Origin: Candidatus Multivoradales bacterium | GTDB taxonomy: Bacteria > Acidobacteriota > Thermoanaerobaculia > Multivoradales > JAHEKO01 | DNA length: 64,000 nt | Direction: 5' to 3' | Assembly: GCA_965223855.1 (NCBI GenBank) | Contig: CBDCXM010000009.1 | Location: 2,048,001-2,112,000 of the forward strand | Shown: positions 11,044-20,189 of the stretch, in pieces | Position numbering within the stretch: the first letter of the stretch is position 1 | Layout: each line of letters starts with the position of its first letter | The notes under the pieces: model-generated | Database searches by the model: none | The model's input: only the letters and a program-made list of their open reading frames with translations | What the model was told of the DNA's origin: nothing | Position numbers and translations under genes: made by a program

Positions 11044-11850
11044 GTGTCGAAGAACCGTTTCGCCCCGATCGCCCTCACACTTCTCGTCGCTCTCGCTCTG
11101 CCCCTGCCGGCCGCCGCTCAGCCGGCGATGGAAGGCTTCGTGTCGATCGACAAGTTCATCTTCCTGGTCGCCGGGGAGGAGAGCCGGGACGCGGAGATCT
11201 ATCAGTCCCAGGCCGCAGGCGCGTTCCTGGTGATCGCGCCGGAGTTCGAGTCTCCGATCCTCGTTCAGGCGCGCGCCGCGACCGTGTCGACCGTCAACCT
11301 GATGAAGGTCGACAAGCAGGCCGACGGCCGTGTCCGGCTTCTGGAAGGGGCCTCGCTCGCCGCGCTCGGGAGGTTCTCCATCGCCGGCGACGGGATCGAG
11401 TTCGAGGTCGACGGCACCCCGGTCGAGCTGCGCAACAAGCCTTGGCTCCTGGGGGCGCAGGATCTCGAGGGAATGCGGGCCTACAGTGCCGACTACCGCC
11501 GCGGCGCCGCCGCCTACGAGGTGTCGGGGCCGGTGGTCGACAGCCTCAAGAGCGAGTCGAGGTCGGTCGAGGTGAAGGTCTTCTTCGGCACCTGGTGCCC
11601 GCACTGCCAGCAGGTGCTGCCGCGGGTGCTGCGGGTGGCGGAAGAGCTGGTCGGCAGCCAGGTCGAGCTGTCGTTCTACGGCCTGCCGCAGGGCGCCGGG
11701 TTCACCAATGACGCGCTCGTGCAGCGCTTCGACATCGACGCCGTGCCGACCGGGGTGGTGCTCGTCGACGGCGAGGAGGTAGGCCGGATCTCCGGCTCGG
11801 GGTGGAAGATCCCGGAGCAGACGATTCAGAACCTCCTTCAGGGTCCCTGA
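11044..11850 (+). CDS. Exported thioredoxin-family protein
   Basis: Signal peptide (..PAAAQ), GGAGG SD, FFGTWCPHC active site, AVPT cis-Pro motif. Confidence 0.8.
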   Translation: MSKNRFAPIALTLLVALALPLPAAAQPAMEGFVSIDKFIFLVAGEESRDAEIYQSQAAGAFLVIAPEFESPILVQARAATVSTVNLMKVDKQADGRVRLLEGASLAALGRFSIAGDGIEFEVDGTPVELRNKPWLLGAQDLEGMRAYSADYRRGAAAYEVSGPVVDSLKSESRSVEVKVFFGTWCPHCQQVLPRVLRVAEELVGSQVELSFYGLPQGAGFTNDALVQRFDIDAVPTGVVLVDGEEVGRISGSGWKIPEQTIQNLLQGP

Positions 11851-13088
11851 GCCGAGTCCTCCTCGGATACGGGCTCTGCCGCCGGGCGCGTAGCGGAGCC
11901 TGCGGACGGCTCGAGGAGCTCGCCGCCGACGAACCGCTCGAACGAGTGGCGTAGCTCCTGGTCGGCTTGAAGCCTCTCGAGCCTCTCGCCGGCGAGCGGT
12001 CCCTCGATCGCCTCGCCGGCCCAGGAGAACCGGCTGCCGGAGGCCTCGTCGATCAGAGCTCCCGAGTCGTCGAGAGTGAGCGTGAGCGTGAGCGTGGCGT
12101 CGCCGACTCGCCGATCCCAGGCCCGGAACGAAGTGAGATCGCCGTCGAGGTGGACCGCCCAGGGAACGCCGGCGCGCTCGCCTTGGAGCAACCGACGCTC
12201 GCTGAGTGCGCTCCAGGGGTAGGCGACCGTCTCCTCTCCGGCGTGCACGACGACCAGCCACTCCCATCCGGGCCCTCGCTCGGCGGACTCCTCGGGGGTG
12301 GCGGAGTCGAATTCGTGGAAGCGATAGAGCTGATACCAGTCGCCGGTCTCCTCGTCAGGCTGCATCACGAGCGACTGCGGGTGCAGTTGCAGCCAGCGCG
12401 CCAGGGTCATCTGATCGGTGGGCAGCGCCTGAAGGGTCGTCCCCTCGAGCGGTCCGGCTGCGGCGCGGCCCGAGGCCTGGTACCACCAGGTGCGGGTATC
12501 GAGATCCTCCAGCACGGAGTTGAAACGGTTGGCGGCGACCGTCCGGAACGTGAGGTGACGATCGTCTACGAGGGTTCGGTAGAGACGGCCGGAGCGGCAC
12601 ATCGTGCAGTAGGTGACCGCGATCGGCTCTCCTCCAACCTGGTCATGAACCACATGGTGGTAGGCGACCAGACGGATGGGGTACGCCTTGGTCTCGCCGT
12701 TGAGAGAGATTCCGAGGACCAGGGTCTCGGGAGGGAGATCCTCGGAGGTGCCCGTCGCGAACTGCGGTGAGCTCAGCGGACGGAAGAGCTCGGTCGGGTC
12801 GGAGCGGGCGGCGAAGCGAAAGACGAACACGCCCAACAGGAGCAGGACCACGGCGGTCGCCACCGGCCACCACGACTTGCGCTGACGCCAGATCCCCGCG
12901 AGCCCCATGGCGAGACAGGCGGCGCCCAGGCCGTAGGCGAGCCAACCCGTATGAGCCAGGAGCCGGACGAATCCGATGGAGTCCATCGTCTGACTGCCCG
13001 GAGCGGGCATCGACAGGTAGGTGAGGGCGAAACGGCGACCGGCGGTCAGCAGGAGACCGCACGTCAGCCATACGAAGGATCGCAACAT
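11838..13088 (-). CDS. DUF3179-domain membrane-anchored protein
   Basis: N-terminal TM helices; KAYPIRLVAYHHVVHD, AVTYCTMCRSG, WWYQASGRAAAGPL, SRFSWAGEAIEGPLAG. Confidence 0.75.
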   Translation of the reverse strand: MLRSFVWLTCGLLLTAGRRFALTYLSMPAPGSQTMDSIGFVRLLAHTGWLAYGLGAACLAMGLAGIWRQRKSWWPVATAVVLLLLGVFVFRFAARSDPTELFRPLSSPQFATGTSEDLPPETLVLGISLNGETKAYPIRLVAYHHVVHDQVGGEPIAVTYCTMCRSGRLYRTLVDDRHLTFRTVAANRFNSVLEDLDTRTWWYQASGRAAAGPLEGTTLQALPTDQMTLARWLQLHPQSLVMQPDEETGDWYQLYRFHEFDSATPEESAERGPGWEWLVVVHAGEETVAYPWSALSERRLLQGERAGVPWAVHLDGDLTSFRAWDRRVGDATLTLTLTLDDSGALIDEASGSRFSWAGEAIEGPLAGERLERLQADQELRHSFERFVGGELLEPSAGSATRPAAEPVSEEDSAQGP

Positions 13089-13210
13089 CGGTCACTCCTG
13101 ACGGTACGTTTGCCTGTGGCGACTCTTGCGCGGGAGTCTTGCACACCGCTCCGGGCCTTCCCCCTGTCCGCGAAGGCCCGCGGCGCGGACTCGGGCCGGT
13201 AGAGGGAGCG

Positions 13211-13600
13211 TCAGGATCGCGTGTATCGCAGGGTCTCGACCTCGTCGCTCGACAGGGCGCCGATCTCGAGAAACATCGGCGAGTGGTCGTCGTCGTGGCG
13301 GAGCGCGAGATAGGCGAGCGCCTCGCCGCGCCGCCACACGGCGAGCACGAGTGCCTCGCTCCACTCGGGGAAGTCGTCGGCATCGACGGCGCCGTCGAAC
13401 TCCGGGTCTCCCCAGGCTCGGGTGAGGTCCTCGACCGCCTGCCGGTGATCGGCGACGAAGTCGTCGAAGACGGCATCGACCTCGCTGTCTTCGAGCTCAC
13501 CGCTCTCGAACCGATCGTCGATCCGCAGATGGGCGGCGTCGGCGCCGGGCACGGCTTCGAGCAGGGTCTCGAGGGCTTCGACGATGCGCGGTTCGCTCAC
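13211..13600 (-). CDS. Acidic hypothetical protein
   Basis: Start overlaps the luxC stop (GTGA); normal codon bias; WGDPEFDG..FPEWSEAL..AVW. Confidence 0.6.
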   Translation of the reverse strand: MSEPRIVEALETLLEAVPGADAAHLRIDDRFESGELEDSEVDAVFDDFVADHRQAVEDLTRAWGDPEFDGAVDADDFPEWSEALVLAVWRRGEALAYLALRHDDDHSPMFLEIGALSSDEVETLRYTRS

Positions 13601-14877
13601 GTTTCCTCCGGAAGGCCCCCGCCGGCCAGGGCGGCGAGCGGATGCAGGCCCCCGTTATGCCAGAGGGCGTCGGCCGACTGCAACTCGCCGGGGGGTGCGA
13701 CGCGCGACAGGCCGAGCGCCTCGAGCGCGGGAGCGAGCTCCCAGGCGTTCTTCCCGGCGAGCGCGGCTCCCTGGAGACGGGGAGCGTGCGGCTGCAACAA
13801 GTCCGGGATCGAGGAGAGGTCGCTCACCGGCTGGATGCGCACCGTCCTGAGGCCGGGAGACGGTGCGAACCCCGGTAGCGGCTCGACGAGGACGGTACCG
13901 GCGACGAGGTCGAGTGGCGGTTGGTAGAGGCCGCGCAGACGGGCGTCGATCCGCACCTGCTGGACCGCTGCGGCGGTCACCGGCTCGACCTCGCCCGGCG
14001 GCCAGGCGGCTGCCTGCAACTCGAGCGCCGAAGCGAGCCGGTCGGCGACCTCGCGAGCCGGGCCGTCGGTGTAGACCGCCTGCACACAGAGGCAGCCGCG
14101 CTGATCGAAGAGCGCGATGTCGGCCGCAAGGCCGGCGAAGACGTCGTCCTCGAAGGCCTCGGAACCGACGACCGCGACGCTCGCCCTGGGGCCGAACGGC
14201 AGTAGACGGTTGCCGCAGCGTTCCCTCAGGTCGTCGATCGCGGCGGCGTTGCCGTAGGCGAGGACGAGTGCCGAGCTTTCGAGGACGCCCGGTTCGAGTG
14301 TGTCGTCGCCGCCGGGCCAGGTGACCGCCGCCAGCTCACCCTCCAGTGCCGGCAGCCGCTGGAGGAGACGATCGACGAAGACGGGAGCGAACAGCGGCTC
14401 GGAACTCGGCGACTTGAGCAGCACCGGCCGACGCAGGGCGAGCGCCGGGAGCAACGGCTGGACGAACAGTGCCGGCAGGTTGCCCGCGAGCACCACCGTC
14501 GCCAGACCCCGGCGCCCGTCGACGGGTGGGGAGGAGAGGATCTCCCGAGCCGGCTCTCCGGTAACACCGCCGAGGACCGCCTCGAGAGCGGCGTCGAGCC
14601 CGGAAGCCGACAGCCCGCATAGCCGCCGCAACGCCGGCCGGAGGGCGATCGACACGGGGGATCGTGGATCCCGGAACTCCTCGACCGTCCCGAGCCAGGC
14701 GTCGAGGAGCGCGGCGCCGTCGACCGTCGAAGGCTGCTGCGAGCGTCGATCGAGGGACGCGGCAAGGCGGGCCAGCTCGGCCGCACTCCAGCGGGCCGAG
14801 GTGTAGGCGACCCCGTTTCGCTCCACGAGGGTGGCGGCGGGGCAGAAGGACGGGGGGAGTCGTGCGTCGTGGAGCAA
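13597..14877 (-). CDS. LuxC-family acyl-CoA/acyl-protein reductase
   Basis: VLAGNLP, LKSPSSEPLF, LAYG, FGPRAS, ALFDQRGCLC catalytic Cys motif, C-terminal HNGGLHPL; start codon uncertain. Confidence 0.8.
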   Translation of the reverse strand: MLHDARLPPSFCPAATLVERNGVAYTSARWSAAELARLAASLDRRSQQPSTVDGAALLDAWLGTVEEFRDPRSPVSIALRPALRRLCGLSASGLDAALEAVLGGVTGEPAREILSSPPVDGRRGLATVVLAGNLPALFVQPLLPALALRRPVLLKSPSSEPLFAPVFVDRLLQRLPALEGELAAVTWPGGDDTLEPGVLESSALVLAYGNAAAIDDLRERCGNRLLPFGPRASVAVVGSEAFEDDVFAGLAADIALFDQRGCLCVQAVYTDGPAREVADRLASALELQAAAWPPGEVEPVTAAAVQQVRIDARLRGLYQPPLDLVAGTVLVEPLPGFAPSPGLRTVRIQPVSDLSSIPDLLQPHAPRLQGAALAGKNAWELAPALEALGLSRVAPPGELQSADALWHNGGLHPLAALAGGGLPEET

Positions 14878-14890
14878 GTGGAGGCTCGCG

Positions 14891-15922
14891 CTAGTCGGCG
14901 AGCGCTGCGCTCAGCAGTGAGCAGCCCCGCAGCTCCGCCCCCCGCGCCCTGCCGACGAGTTCGAAACCGCCGTCGACGATGCGTCCGAGGTCCTGGGTGA
15001 GCACGTGGAGCGCCGAGCCGACGTTGGCGAGATCGAAGATCGCCAGGAGCCCCGGTTCGCCGTTCTCCACCGGTGCGAGCGACACCGGATCGAGCGCCCG
15101 GACGCGGACCCAGGCAGGTGGTTCGAAGGGCGACGACCCGGGCGCCGAGTAGCAGTGGCTCGTCAGCTCGGTCATCCCGTACTCCTGAACGAAGGCGGAC
15201 GCATCGAGCCCCAGCCTCGCGCTCAGATCGGCGGCGACTTGCGCCCGGTCGATCGCCCGCCCGAGTCCCTTGCTGCCGCCGGTCTCGAAGACGGTCGTCC
15301 CGGGCGGCAGGCGGAAGGTGACGCCGAGGCGTTTCAGGCCGTCGGCCATCTGGTCGAGGGCGAGGGTCGTGCCGAGAACGAGTGCGGCGCGCCCGTCCCG
15401 CTGGCGTGTGCCACAGAAGCCCCTCACCTCGGCGGCGCGCACACCTCCTGGACCGACCGCGTAGCGGCTACCGGGGCCGCTGAACAGCCGGTAGGCATGG
15501 TCGATCATGAAGGCGAGACTCGAGTTCGGGGCGGTCTCGCGATCCGGGATCAGCGAGAGCATCGGCGGGGCCGGTCCGACGCCGGCGAGGCACGCCTGCG
15601 GGAACGTCGCCTCGACCACCGCGCGGTAGAGATCGGGGAACGGATGCCGGTGAATGGAGGGAGTGGCTGCGTCCGTCGTTCCGGAGCTGTGGAACTCCTC
15701 CACCGAAGGGGCCACGGCAAGGTCGAGGGTCTTGAAAGACAGGGCCGGGACCATCGGCACCGACTCCCAACCGTCGATGCCGGAGTCGATGCCCGCCGAT
15801 GCGGCGAGTCGCCGCAGCGGCGCGGAACGCTCGTGCTGAAAGGCCCAGGCTTCAGCGACGAGGGTTTGGAAGTCGTCGTCACGGTCGCCTCGAATCCAGC
15901 GCTCGATCCGCTCGACGACCAT
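14891..15922 (-). CDS. LuxE-family acyl-protein synthetase
   Basis: FHSSGTT, VFETGGSKG, EYGMTELTS, DLANVGS, TQDLG, C-terminal GRARGAELRGCSL acylation Cys. Confidence 0.85.
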   Translation of the reverse strand: MVVERIERWIRGDRDDDFQTLVAEAWAFQHERSAPLRRLAASAGIDSGIDGWESVPMVPALSFKTLDLAVAPSVEEFHSSGTTDAATPSIHRHPFPDLYRAVVEATFPQACLAGVGPAPPMLSLIPDRETAPNSSLAFMIDHAYRLFSGPGSRYAVGPGGVRAAEVRGFCGTRQRDGRAALVLGTTLALDQMADGLKRLGVTFRLPPGTTVFETGGSKGLGRAIDRAQVAADLSARLGLDASAFVQEYGMTELTSHCYSAPGSSPFEPPAWVRVRALDPVSLAPVENGEPGLLAIFDLANVGSALHVLTQDLGRIVDGGFELVGRARGAELRGCSLLSAALAD

Positions 15923-16042
15923 GGGGCGATTGTGCCACGCACGGGGCGGTGTCCGGCACGCCTTTGCGTCGTCCGGCGTCGCCGCTTCCCTCTGCTACAG
16001 TTGCCTCGCTTTCGACTGGCAAGGCGAACCGGGAGGCGTGGG

Positions 16043-16423
16043 ATGAGCGAGTTCCCCTACAAGAAGAAGATCGAGATCGACAAGCCGGGTCGGCCCCGTC
16101 CGCCCAAGCAGACGGCAGTCATCGAGCAGATCGGCTGTACCGGATGCGAGGCGTGCATCTCGTTCTGTCCGGTCGATTGCATCGAGATCGTCCCCGGCCC
16201 CGTTTACCCCGAGATGCACAAGCTCGTCGAAGTCGATCTCGAGCGCTGCATCGGATGCCAGCTCTGCGCCCGCTACTGCCCGTGGGAGACGATCGACATG
16301 TGGTCGTGGGAGGAGGGGGTCGAAGTGGCACCGTCGCTCACCGTGAGGTCGCTCATCTACGACTACGAGCCGGAGCAGATGCACGAGGCGGCCGAGCCCC
16401 GTGTCGGGCCGGTCGGTGTTTGA
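16043..16423 (+). CDS. 2x[4Fe-4S] ferredoxin-like protein
   Basis: ATG at 16043 with GGAGG SD; CTGCEACISFCP and CIGCQLCARYCP. Confidence 0.85.
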   Translation: MSEFPYKKKIEIDKPGRPRPPKQTAVIEQIGCTGCEACISFCPVDCIEIVPGPVYPEMHKLVEVDLERCIGCQLCARYCPWETIDMWSWEEGVEVAPSLTVRSLIYDYEPEQMHEAAEPRVGPVGV

Positions 16424-16629
16424 GCCCGGGTCTGAACCCGGTGTCTGAACCCGCCCCCGGTTTCGACCCCGAGCTTGACGCCGCCCTCAAGAAGGTGCTC
16501 GCGGTGATCTACAAAGAGCACCCGTTGAGCCCCAACCAGATCCTCGTTCTCGCGTCGGAGCTCCAGCGACTGGGCGTCCACCGGCTGGTGGAGGAGCACC
16601 TGCGCAAGTACAGCCTCCGCCAGGAGTAG
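16420..16629 (+). CDS. Small hypothetical protein (62-69 aa)
   Basis: TTG 16420 overlaps the ferredoxin stop (alternative GTG 16441); GC3-rich coding FDPELDAALKKVLAVIYKEHPLS; ends at TAG 16627-16629. Confidence 0.6.
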   Translation: MSPGLNPVSEPAPGFDPELDAALKKVLAVIYKEHPLSPNQILVLASELQRLGVHRLVEEHLRKYSLRQE

Positions 16630-16632
16630 ACG

Positions 16633-17388
16633 CTGGTTCCTGGCGCCTGGCTGCTGTTCGCGGGTGCCGGCCTGGGACTGGTCGGAGCACTGCTCGGCGT
16701 CGGCGGGGGAGTGCTGCTGGTCCCCGTCCTCAACCTCGGCTTCGGCTGGCCGCTCCGGGAGGCGATCGGCACCAGCCTCGTCGTCGTCACGGGTACGGCG
16801 ATCGCGGCGTCTGCCGGCTACCTGCGGCGCGGGCTCGCTTCGGTTCGCCTGGCGATGGGGCTCGAAGTCGGCGCCCTCCTGGGAGCGATCGCAGCTTCGC
16901 TGGCGGCCCCCCTCGTGCCGGTGCCGGTGTTGGCGCGAGCGTTCGCGGTCGCCCTCGTGTGGGCGGCACTCCTGCTGTGGTGGCGCGGTCGAGAGGTGAG
17001 CGCGACCGGGACGGAAGTTCTGCCGGCCTCCCGCTCGCGCCGGCGGCTCGCCTTCGCGACGACGCCGATCGCCGGCCTCGCCTCCGGCTGGCTCGGCGTC
17101 GGCGGCGGGCTCTTCCAGGTGCCGATTCTCCGACTGATCCTGGGGGTCGACATGAAGCGCGCCGTGGCCACCTCGACCCTGACCGTCGGCTGGACCGCTG
17201 CGGTGGCGGCCGTCTTCTACTGGCGTCGTGGCTGGGTCGACATCGGCTCGCTGCCGTGGTTGCTGGCGGGAACGCTCGCCGGCGGTGCACTGGCGCCCGT
17301 GCTCGTCAGGCGGGTGCCACAGCGCTCGCTCGAGCTCGCCTTCTCCCTCGTTCTCGTCTGGGCGGCCGTCAGGATGGCGCTCTCTTGA
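16633..17388 (+). CDS. TSUP (TauE/SafE) family transporter
   Basis: Duplicated GVGGG motifs (ALLGVGGG, WLGVGGG), AIGTSL and AVATS, about 8 TM helices. The first motif lies upstream of GTG 16711, so the start is probably CTG 16633. Confidence 0.8.
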   Translation: MVPGAWLLFAGAGLGLVGALLGVGGGVLLVPVLNLGFGWPLREAIGTSLVVVTGTAIAASAGYLRRGLASVRLAMGLEVGALLGAIAASLAAPLVPVPVLARAFAVALVWAALLLWWRGREVSATGTEVLPASRSRRRLAFATTPIAGLASGWLGVGGGLFQVPILRLILGVDMKRAVATSTLTVGWTAAVAAVFYWRRGWVDIGSLPWLLAGTLAGGALAPVLVRRVPQRSLELAFSLVLVWAAVRMALS

Positions 17389-17401
17389 GGCTCGCTCTCC
17401 C

Positions 17402-17641
17402 GTGAAGACCGACCGCTGGGACGCGGCCCCGCTCCCGATCGCAGGCCTCGTCGCCTGGTTGTGCCTGTGCGCCGCCGCGGTCGGAGTTGCGGGGATGGAG
17501 TGGCTAGGCCTGTCGCTGCTCTTTGCCGCCCCCTGGTGGCTCGTCGTCCGGAGGGTCTGGAGTGCCTCGTCGTGGAGCGACCGCCGGCTGCCGCTGCTGC
17601 TGGCGGCGATCGCGACGATCGCGCTCGTCATGGGGCCCTGA
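17402..17641 (+). CDS. Small membrane protein (possible DUF1634-like TauE partner)
   Basis: GTG 17402, three hydrophobic segments, directly after the TauE gene. Confidence 0.45.
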   Translation: MKTDRWDAAPLPIAGLVAWLCLCAAAVGVAGMEWLGLSLLFAAPWWLVVRRVWSASSWSDRRLPLLLAAIATIALVMGP

Positions 17642-17691
17642 GGTCGGGATACTGAAACCGTGGGGTGCCCAGGACGGGGCGCGACCCGGCC

Positions 17692-20115
17692 TCAGCCGAA
17701 GAAGCGCCGGCTGGTTTCACCGGGCGGGCCGACGAGCTCCCTCGGATCGCCGCCGGGGGCCCATTCGCCCGGGAGATGGTCGCGATACGGCGGCTCGAGG
17801 AAGCGCTCGTCGAGGAGCGCGATCACACCGGTGTCCTCCGCTGATCGGATGAGCCGGCCGACCGCCTGGACGACGCGGGTCATGCCCGGAACGACGAAGG
17901 CGTACTCGAAGCCGCGCTCGTACTGCTCCTGGTAGTAGCGCTTGAGAAGCTCGCGTTCGAGGCTGACGGCGGGCAGGCAGGGCCCGACGACCGCCACACC
18001 CTTGAGCATTTCGCCCGGATAGTCGACCCCTTCGGCGAACACTCCGCCGGCGACCGCCAGCAGCAGGACGTCGCCGGCGAGGCCCGAGCGGAGTTGCTCG
18101 AGGATCAGTTCGCGCTGGCGGTCGCCGTCGGCGCGCGACTGGACGAGCACCCTCTTTCCGGCGACGCGGAGCTCACGACCGACCTCATCGAGAAACTGGT
18201 AACTGGGGAAGAGCGCGAGGCAGTTGCCGGGAACGCCGGCGGCGAAGGTCGCGAGGCTCTCGGCGATGCGGCCGTAGTTCTCCGGGCGGCGTTTCCATGT
18301 CGTCGCGATCGAGTCGTCGATCACGACGGCTCGGTTCTCGGCCGGGAACGGGCTCGGCACCTCGATCGAGTGGAAGCGCTCGGGGTCGAAGCCCAACAGG
18401 TCGCGATAGAACTCGACCGGCGACAGGGTGGCGGAAAGGCCGATGGTCGAGTGGGTGCGCGCAAAGAGCGCGCCGAGGAAGCGACTCGGGTCCTTGCACA
18501 GGATGCGCAGCGAGCCGCCGTCGCGGCGCCGCTCGGCGTAGCGGCTGAACGCCTCGGAGTCGGAGAGCACGAGGCAGTTGAGGAAGCGGAGGAAGTCGAA
18601 GTAGAGCGCCACGAAGAGATCGTTGGCGCGGAAGGTCGAGGTCTCCTTGCGGTGCTCGAGGTAGTCGATGAACGTCTCGTCGAACTCGACACGCAGAGCG
18701 AACAGGTCGTCCTCCGGGAGCACCGTCTCGGCGGCGCGGGCGTTGCCTCCGACGTCCTCGAGAGCCAGCTCGGTCGTCGTCTCGATCAGCGCCGTGAGCC
18801 TGTGGGCCAGCGCTACGATGCGGCGCTCGACGCTCGAGGCGCCCGCCATCGAGGCGGCGACCTCGGAGGCCTGCCGCGAGGTGAGTCGCGGGCTGTAGTA
18901 GCCGCGACCGCGCTCCACCAGATTGTGGATCTCGTCGATCACGAGCACGACGTTCGACAGATCGTTGTCGCCGCCGAAGTCGGACAGGCCGACATAGGGA
19001 TCGAAGGCGTAGTTGTAGTCGCACACGACCACCTGCGCTTCGCGCGAAAGCTCCAGGCTGACTTCGAACGGGCAGACCTCCGCCGCCTCGGCGGCCTCGA
19101 ACACCAGATCCGGCAGCAGGCTGGTGTGGGCGCCCAGCGTCTGGCGGACGATGTGCGAGCTCTGCACCTTGGCGTAGTAGTCGCGGGCGTAGGGGCAGTA
19201 CTCCTCGTGGCACAGCACCTCGTGATGGGCGCACATCTTCGACTTGGCCCGCAACTGGAGGGAGTGGAAGGCCGACTCCTGGTTGAGCAGCTCGAGCACC
19301 GTCGTCGCCATCGTCTGCTGCAGCGTCTTGGCCGTGAGGACGAACACCCGCTTGTCGTGCGCCAGGGCGTGACGGACGGCGGGATAGAGAGCGGCGGCGG
19401 TCTTGCCGATTCCGGTCGGCGCCTCGACGAGCAGGTGAGAGCCCTGTTCCAGCGCCTCGTCGATCGCCTCGACGATGCCCGCCTGTCCGGGCCGCATCTC
19501 GGGGTACGGGAAGCGCAGTCGCTCGGCGGCGCCGCGTCGCTCCGCGAGGACCGCTCCCTTGCGCTCGTACTCGCCGATCCACTGACCGATGCGGCGCCGC
19601 ACCTCCAGATCGACGGCGGCGAAATCGAACTCGACCGCCTGCCGTTCGAGCGACTCGCTGCCGATCTCGATCAGCACCAGCTCGGCGCGCAGGTCAGGCG
19701 GGGCTTCACCGCCGTCGTCCCCTGACTCCTGCCGTGCCAGGAGCCATGCATAGAGCCGGGCCTGCTGAGCGTAGAGCGCCCGGACGGCGGGGGAGAGCGA
19801 CCCTTCGCGCCGTACCGACTTGATCTCCTCGACGACGAGCGCACCCTCCTCCTTGCGCAGTCCGTCGGCGCGCCCCTGGACCGTCACCTCCCAGCCGCGA
19901 TGGCGGACGGTCGTCGTCAAAGCCACCTCGCGGCGGTAGGTGGGATCGCTCCCGAGAGCGTGCTCCTGGTATCGGGAGTGGATCGCCTGCCCCAGCCACA
20001 TGCGCTCGTAGCCGCCGCGGTTCGAGAAGCCGAGACTGCGAGCGAGCTTCCTGTCGAGCAGGTCGGCGACGGCGAGTTCGAGGGTGAACCGCTCTCCATC
20101 GAATCGCGGCGCCAT
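17692..20115 (-). CDS. Rad3/DinG-family Fe-S helicase with N-terminal PD-(D/E)xK nuclease
   Basis: Nuclease motifs GQAIH, QGRADG, EEIKS, QARLY; Q motif RPGQ; APTGIGKT; Fe-S Cys in CAHHEVLCHEEYCPY and VCPF; DEIHN; EGVDY; QAVGRLIRS. Confidence 0.85.
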   Translation of the reverse strand: MAPRFDGERFTLELAVADLLDRKLARSLGFSNRGGYERMWLGQAIHSRYQEHALGSDPTYRREVALTTTVRHRGWEVTVQGRADGLRKEEGALVVEEIKSVRREGSLSPAVRALYAQQARLYAWLLARQESGDDGGEAPPDLRAELVLIEIGSESLERQAVEFDFAAVDLEVRRRIGQWIGEYERKGAVLAERRGAAERLRFPYPEMRPGQAGIVEAIDEALEQGSHLLVEAPTGIGKTAAALYPAVRHALAHDKRVFVLTAKTLQQTMATTVLELLNQESAFHSLQLRAKSKMCAHHEVLCHEEYCPYARDYYAKVQSSHIVRQTLGAHTSLLPDLVFEAAEAAEVCPFEVSLELSREAQVVVCDYNYAFDPYVGLSDFGGDNDLSNVVLVIDEIHNLVERGRGYYSPRLTSRQASEVAASMAGASSVERRIVALAHRLTALIETTTELALEDVGGNARAAETVLPEDDLFALRVEFDETFIDYLEHRKETSTFRANDLFVALYFDFLRFLNCLVLSDSEAFSRYAERRRDGGSLRILCKDPSRFLGALFARTHSTIGLSATLSPVEFYRDLLGFDPERFHSIEVPSPFPAENRAVVIDDSIATTWKRRPENYGRIAESLATFAAGVPGNCLALFPSYQFLDEVGRELRVAGKRVLVQSRADGDRQRELILEQLRSGLAGDVLLLAVAGGVFAEGVDYPGEMLKGVAVVGPCLPAVSLERELLKRYYQEQYERGFEYAFVVPGMTRVVQAVGRLIRSAEDTGVIALLDERFLEPPYRDHLPGEWAPGGDPRELVGPPGETSRRFFG

Positions 20116-20189
20116 GGCGGGAGTCTACCGGCAGCCCGGGCTCGACGCCGCGCAAGGCGGCGCAGGAGGCCGAGCTAGAATCCTGTGCC

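Noticed and set aside
12076-12093. (GTGAGC)3 microsatellite
   Set aside because: Short, in-frame Thr-Leu repeat; not a plausible phase-variation switch
11838-13088. Selenoprotein in the DUF3179 family
   Set aside because: The motif is CTMC with Cys codons, and there is no in-frame TGA
13597-15922. Bioluminescence operon
   Set aside because: luxA, luxB and luxD are absent from the window
17692-20115. Possible CRISPR-associated Cas4/CasDinG
   Set aside because: No repeat-spacer array or other cas genes were seen in the window
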